Below are positions 63,505 through 64,000 of a DNA stretch of 64,000 nucleotides, piece by piece. Position 1 is the stretch's first letter; each line of letters starts with the position of its first letter. Under the pieces are notes generated by a model. It saw only the letters and a list, made by a program, of their open reading frames with translations, was not told the DNA's origin and did not search any database. This stretch comes from Psammoneis japonica (Eukaryota). The stretch is from assembly GCA_008632985.1 (NCBI GenBank), contig QPGO01000135.1, forward strand, positions 1 to 64,000, written 5' to 3'. The position numbers and the translations under genes were made by a program.

Positions 63505-64000
63505 TGCCTTGACAGAATGCCGAAGGTCGACAGTGATGGAGGCATGAAAGACTCCCTAAAGTGCCAGGACTGTGACAACACGAGCACTGGCAGATGAGAA
63601 AGTGAGAAGCAGATCTCAGAGAGATCTGCTCGTCTATCCACATGGTCCAGCCATCATCCGCATCCAGTCTGTCCATCATGCGATGGGCACAGATGGGCTG
63701 ACACCCTCCCCTGATCTGTGACATCTCAACACAGAGAACAGTGCAGATCAAACCAAAGAATGGGGATGATGTGAGGAAAAAATAGAGAGACTAGACACAG
63801 GACACGAGAAGTGTCCATGCCCAATGCGCCATCAAACAAGAGGGCAATGCGCAGCAGGGAGGCCACCGCAGAAAAAAATGTCAACAGCAGTGTCCCATCA
63901 TGCGTCGAGCGTGGCGAGCGTGTGGCACCCAGCCAAGGGCCTTGGTGAGGTCATCGCTGGGGTTGACAATGCCAGGAACATGTCTCGTGACAATCTTGCC
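63505..64000 (-). mobile_element. Copia-3 3' end: RNase H C-terminus (63881-64000), PPT and probable 3' LTR (63505-63703)
   Basis: Minus-strand translation GKIVTRHVPGIVNPSDDLTKALGWVPHARHARRMMGHCC*; PPT GATCAGGGGAGGG directly before TGTCA; runs off the window edge. Confidence 0.75.

Noticed and set aside
1..64000. Alternative genetic code explaining Cys/His in place of Tyr
   Set aside because: The same change affects LTRs, MITEs and telomere-type repeats, and different copies show Cys or His at the same site.
1..64000. Classical RIP or CpG deamination alone
   Set aside because: RIP enriches TpA. CpG decay cannot explain Tyr loss, CCCTAA erosion or the TA/TG/CA three-state columns, and many CpGs persist.

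Overview
Eukaryotic repeat-only window with no recognisable host gene. It is most likely diatom, because the Copia gag/pol, Gypsy and non-LTR fragments resemble diatom-type (CoDi-like) families; this is inferred from recalled motifs, not a database search. The backbone is a chimeric unit of Gypsy, Copia and non-LTR remnants repeated about 5 times with copy-specific deletions. Younger elements sit in it: two near full-length Gypsy LTR elements (13325-19932, 26757-33010), a solo LTR, an internally deleted Copia (5854-9676), a degenerate non-autonomous Gypsy (45665-49597), a TRIM family with a tRNA-like Pol III promoter, and a family of GAC...GTC MITEs with 4-bp TSDs. The main finding is a near-saturating, both-strand TpA -> TpG/CpA (A:T -> G:C) hypermutation of these repeats, the opposite polarity to fungal RIP. 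It is seen in LTR pairs, three-state copy comparisons, Tyr -> Cys/His changes in conserved motifs, lost TAA/TAG stops and eroded CCCTAA telomere-type repeats. CpG decay also occurs. All counts are by eye.
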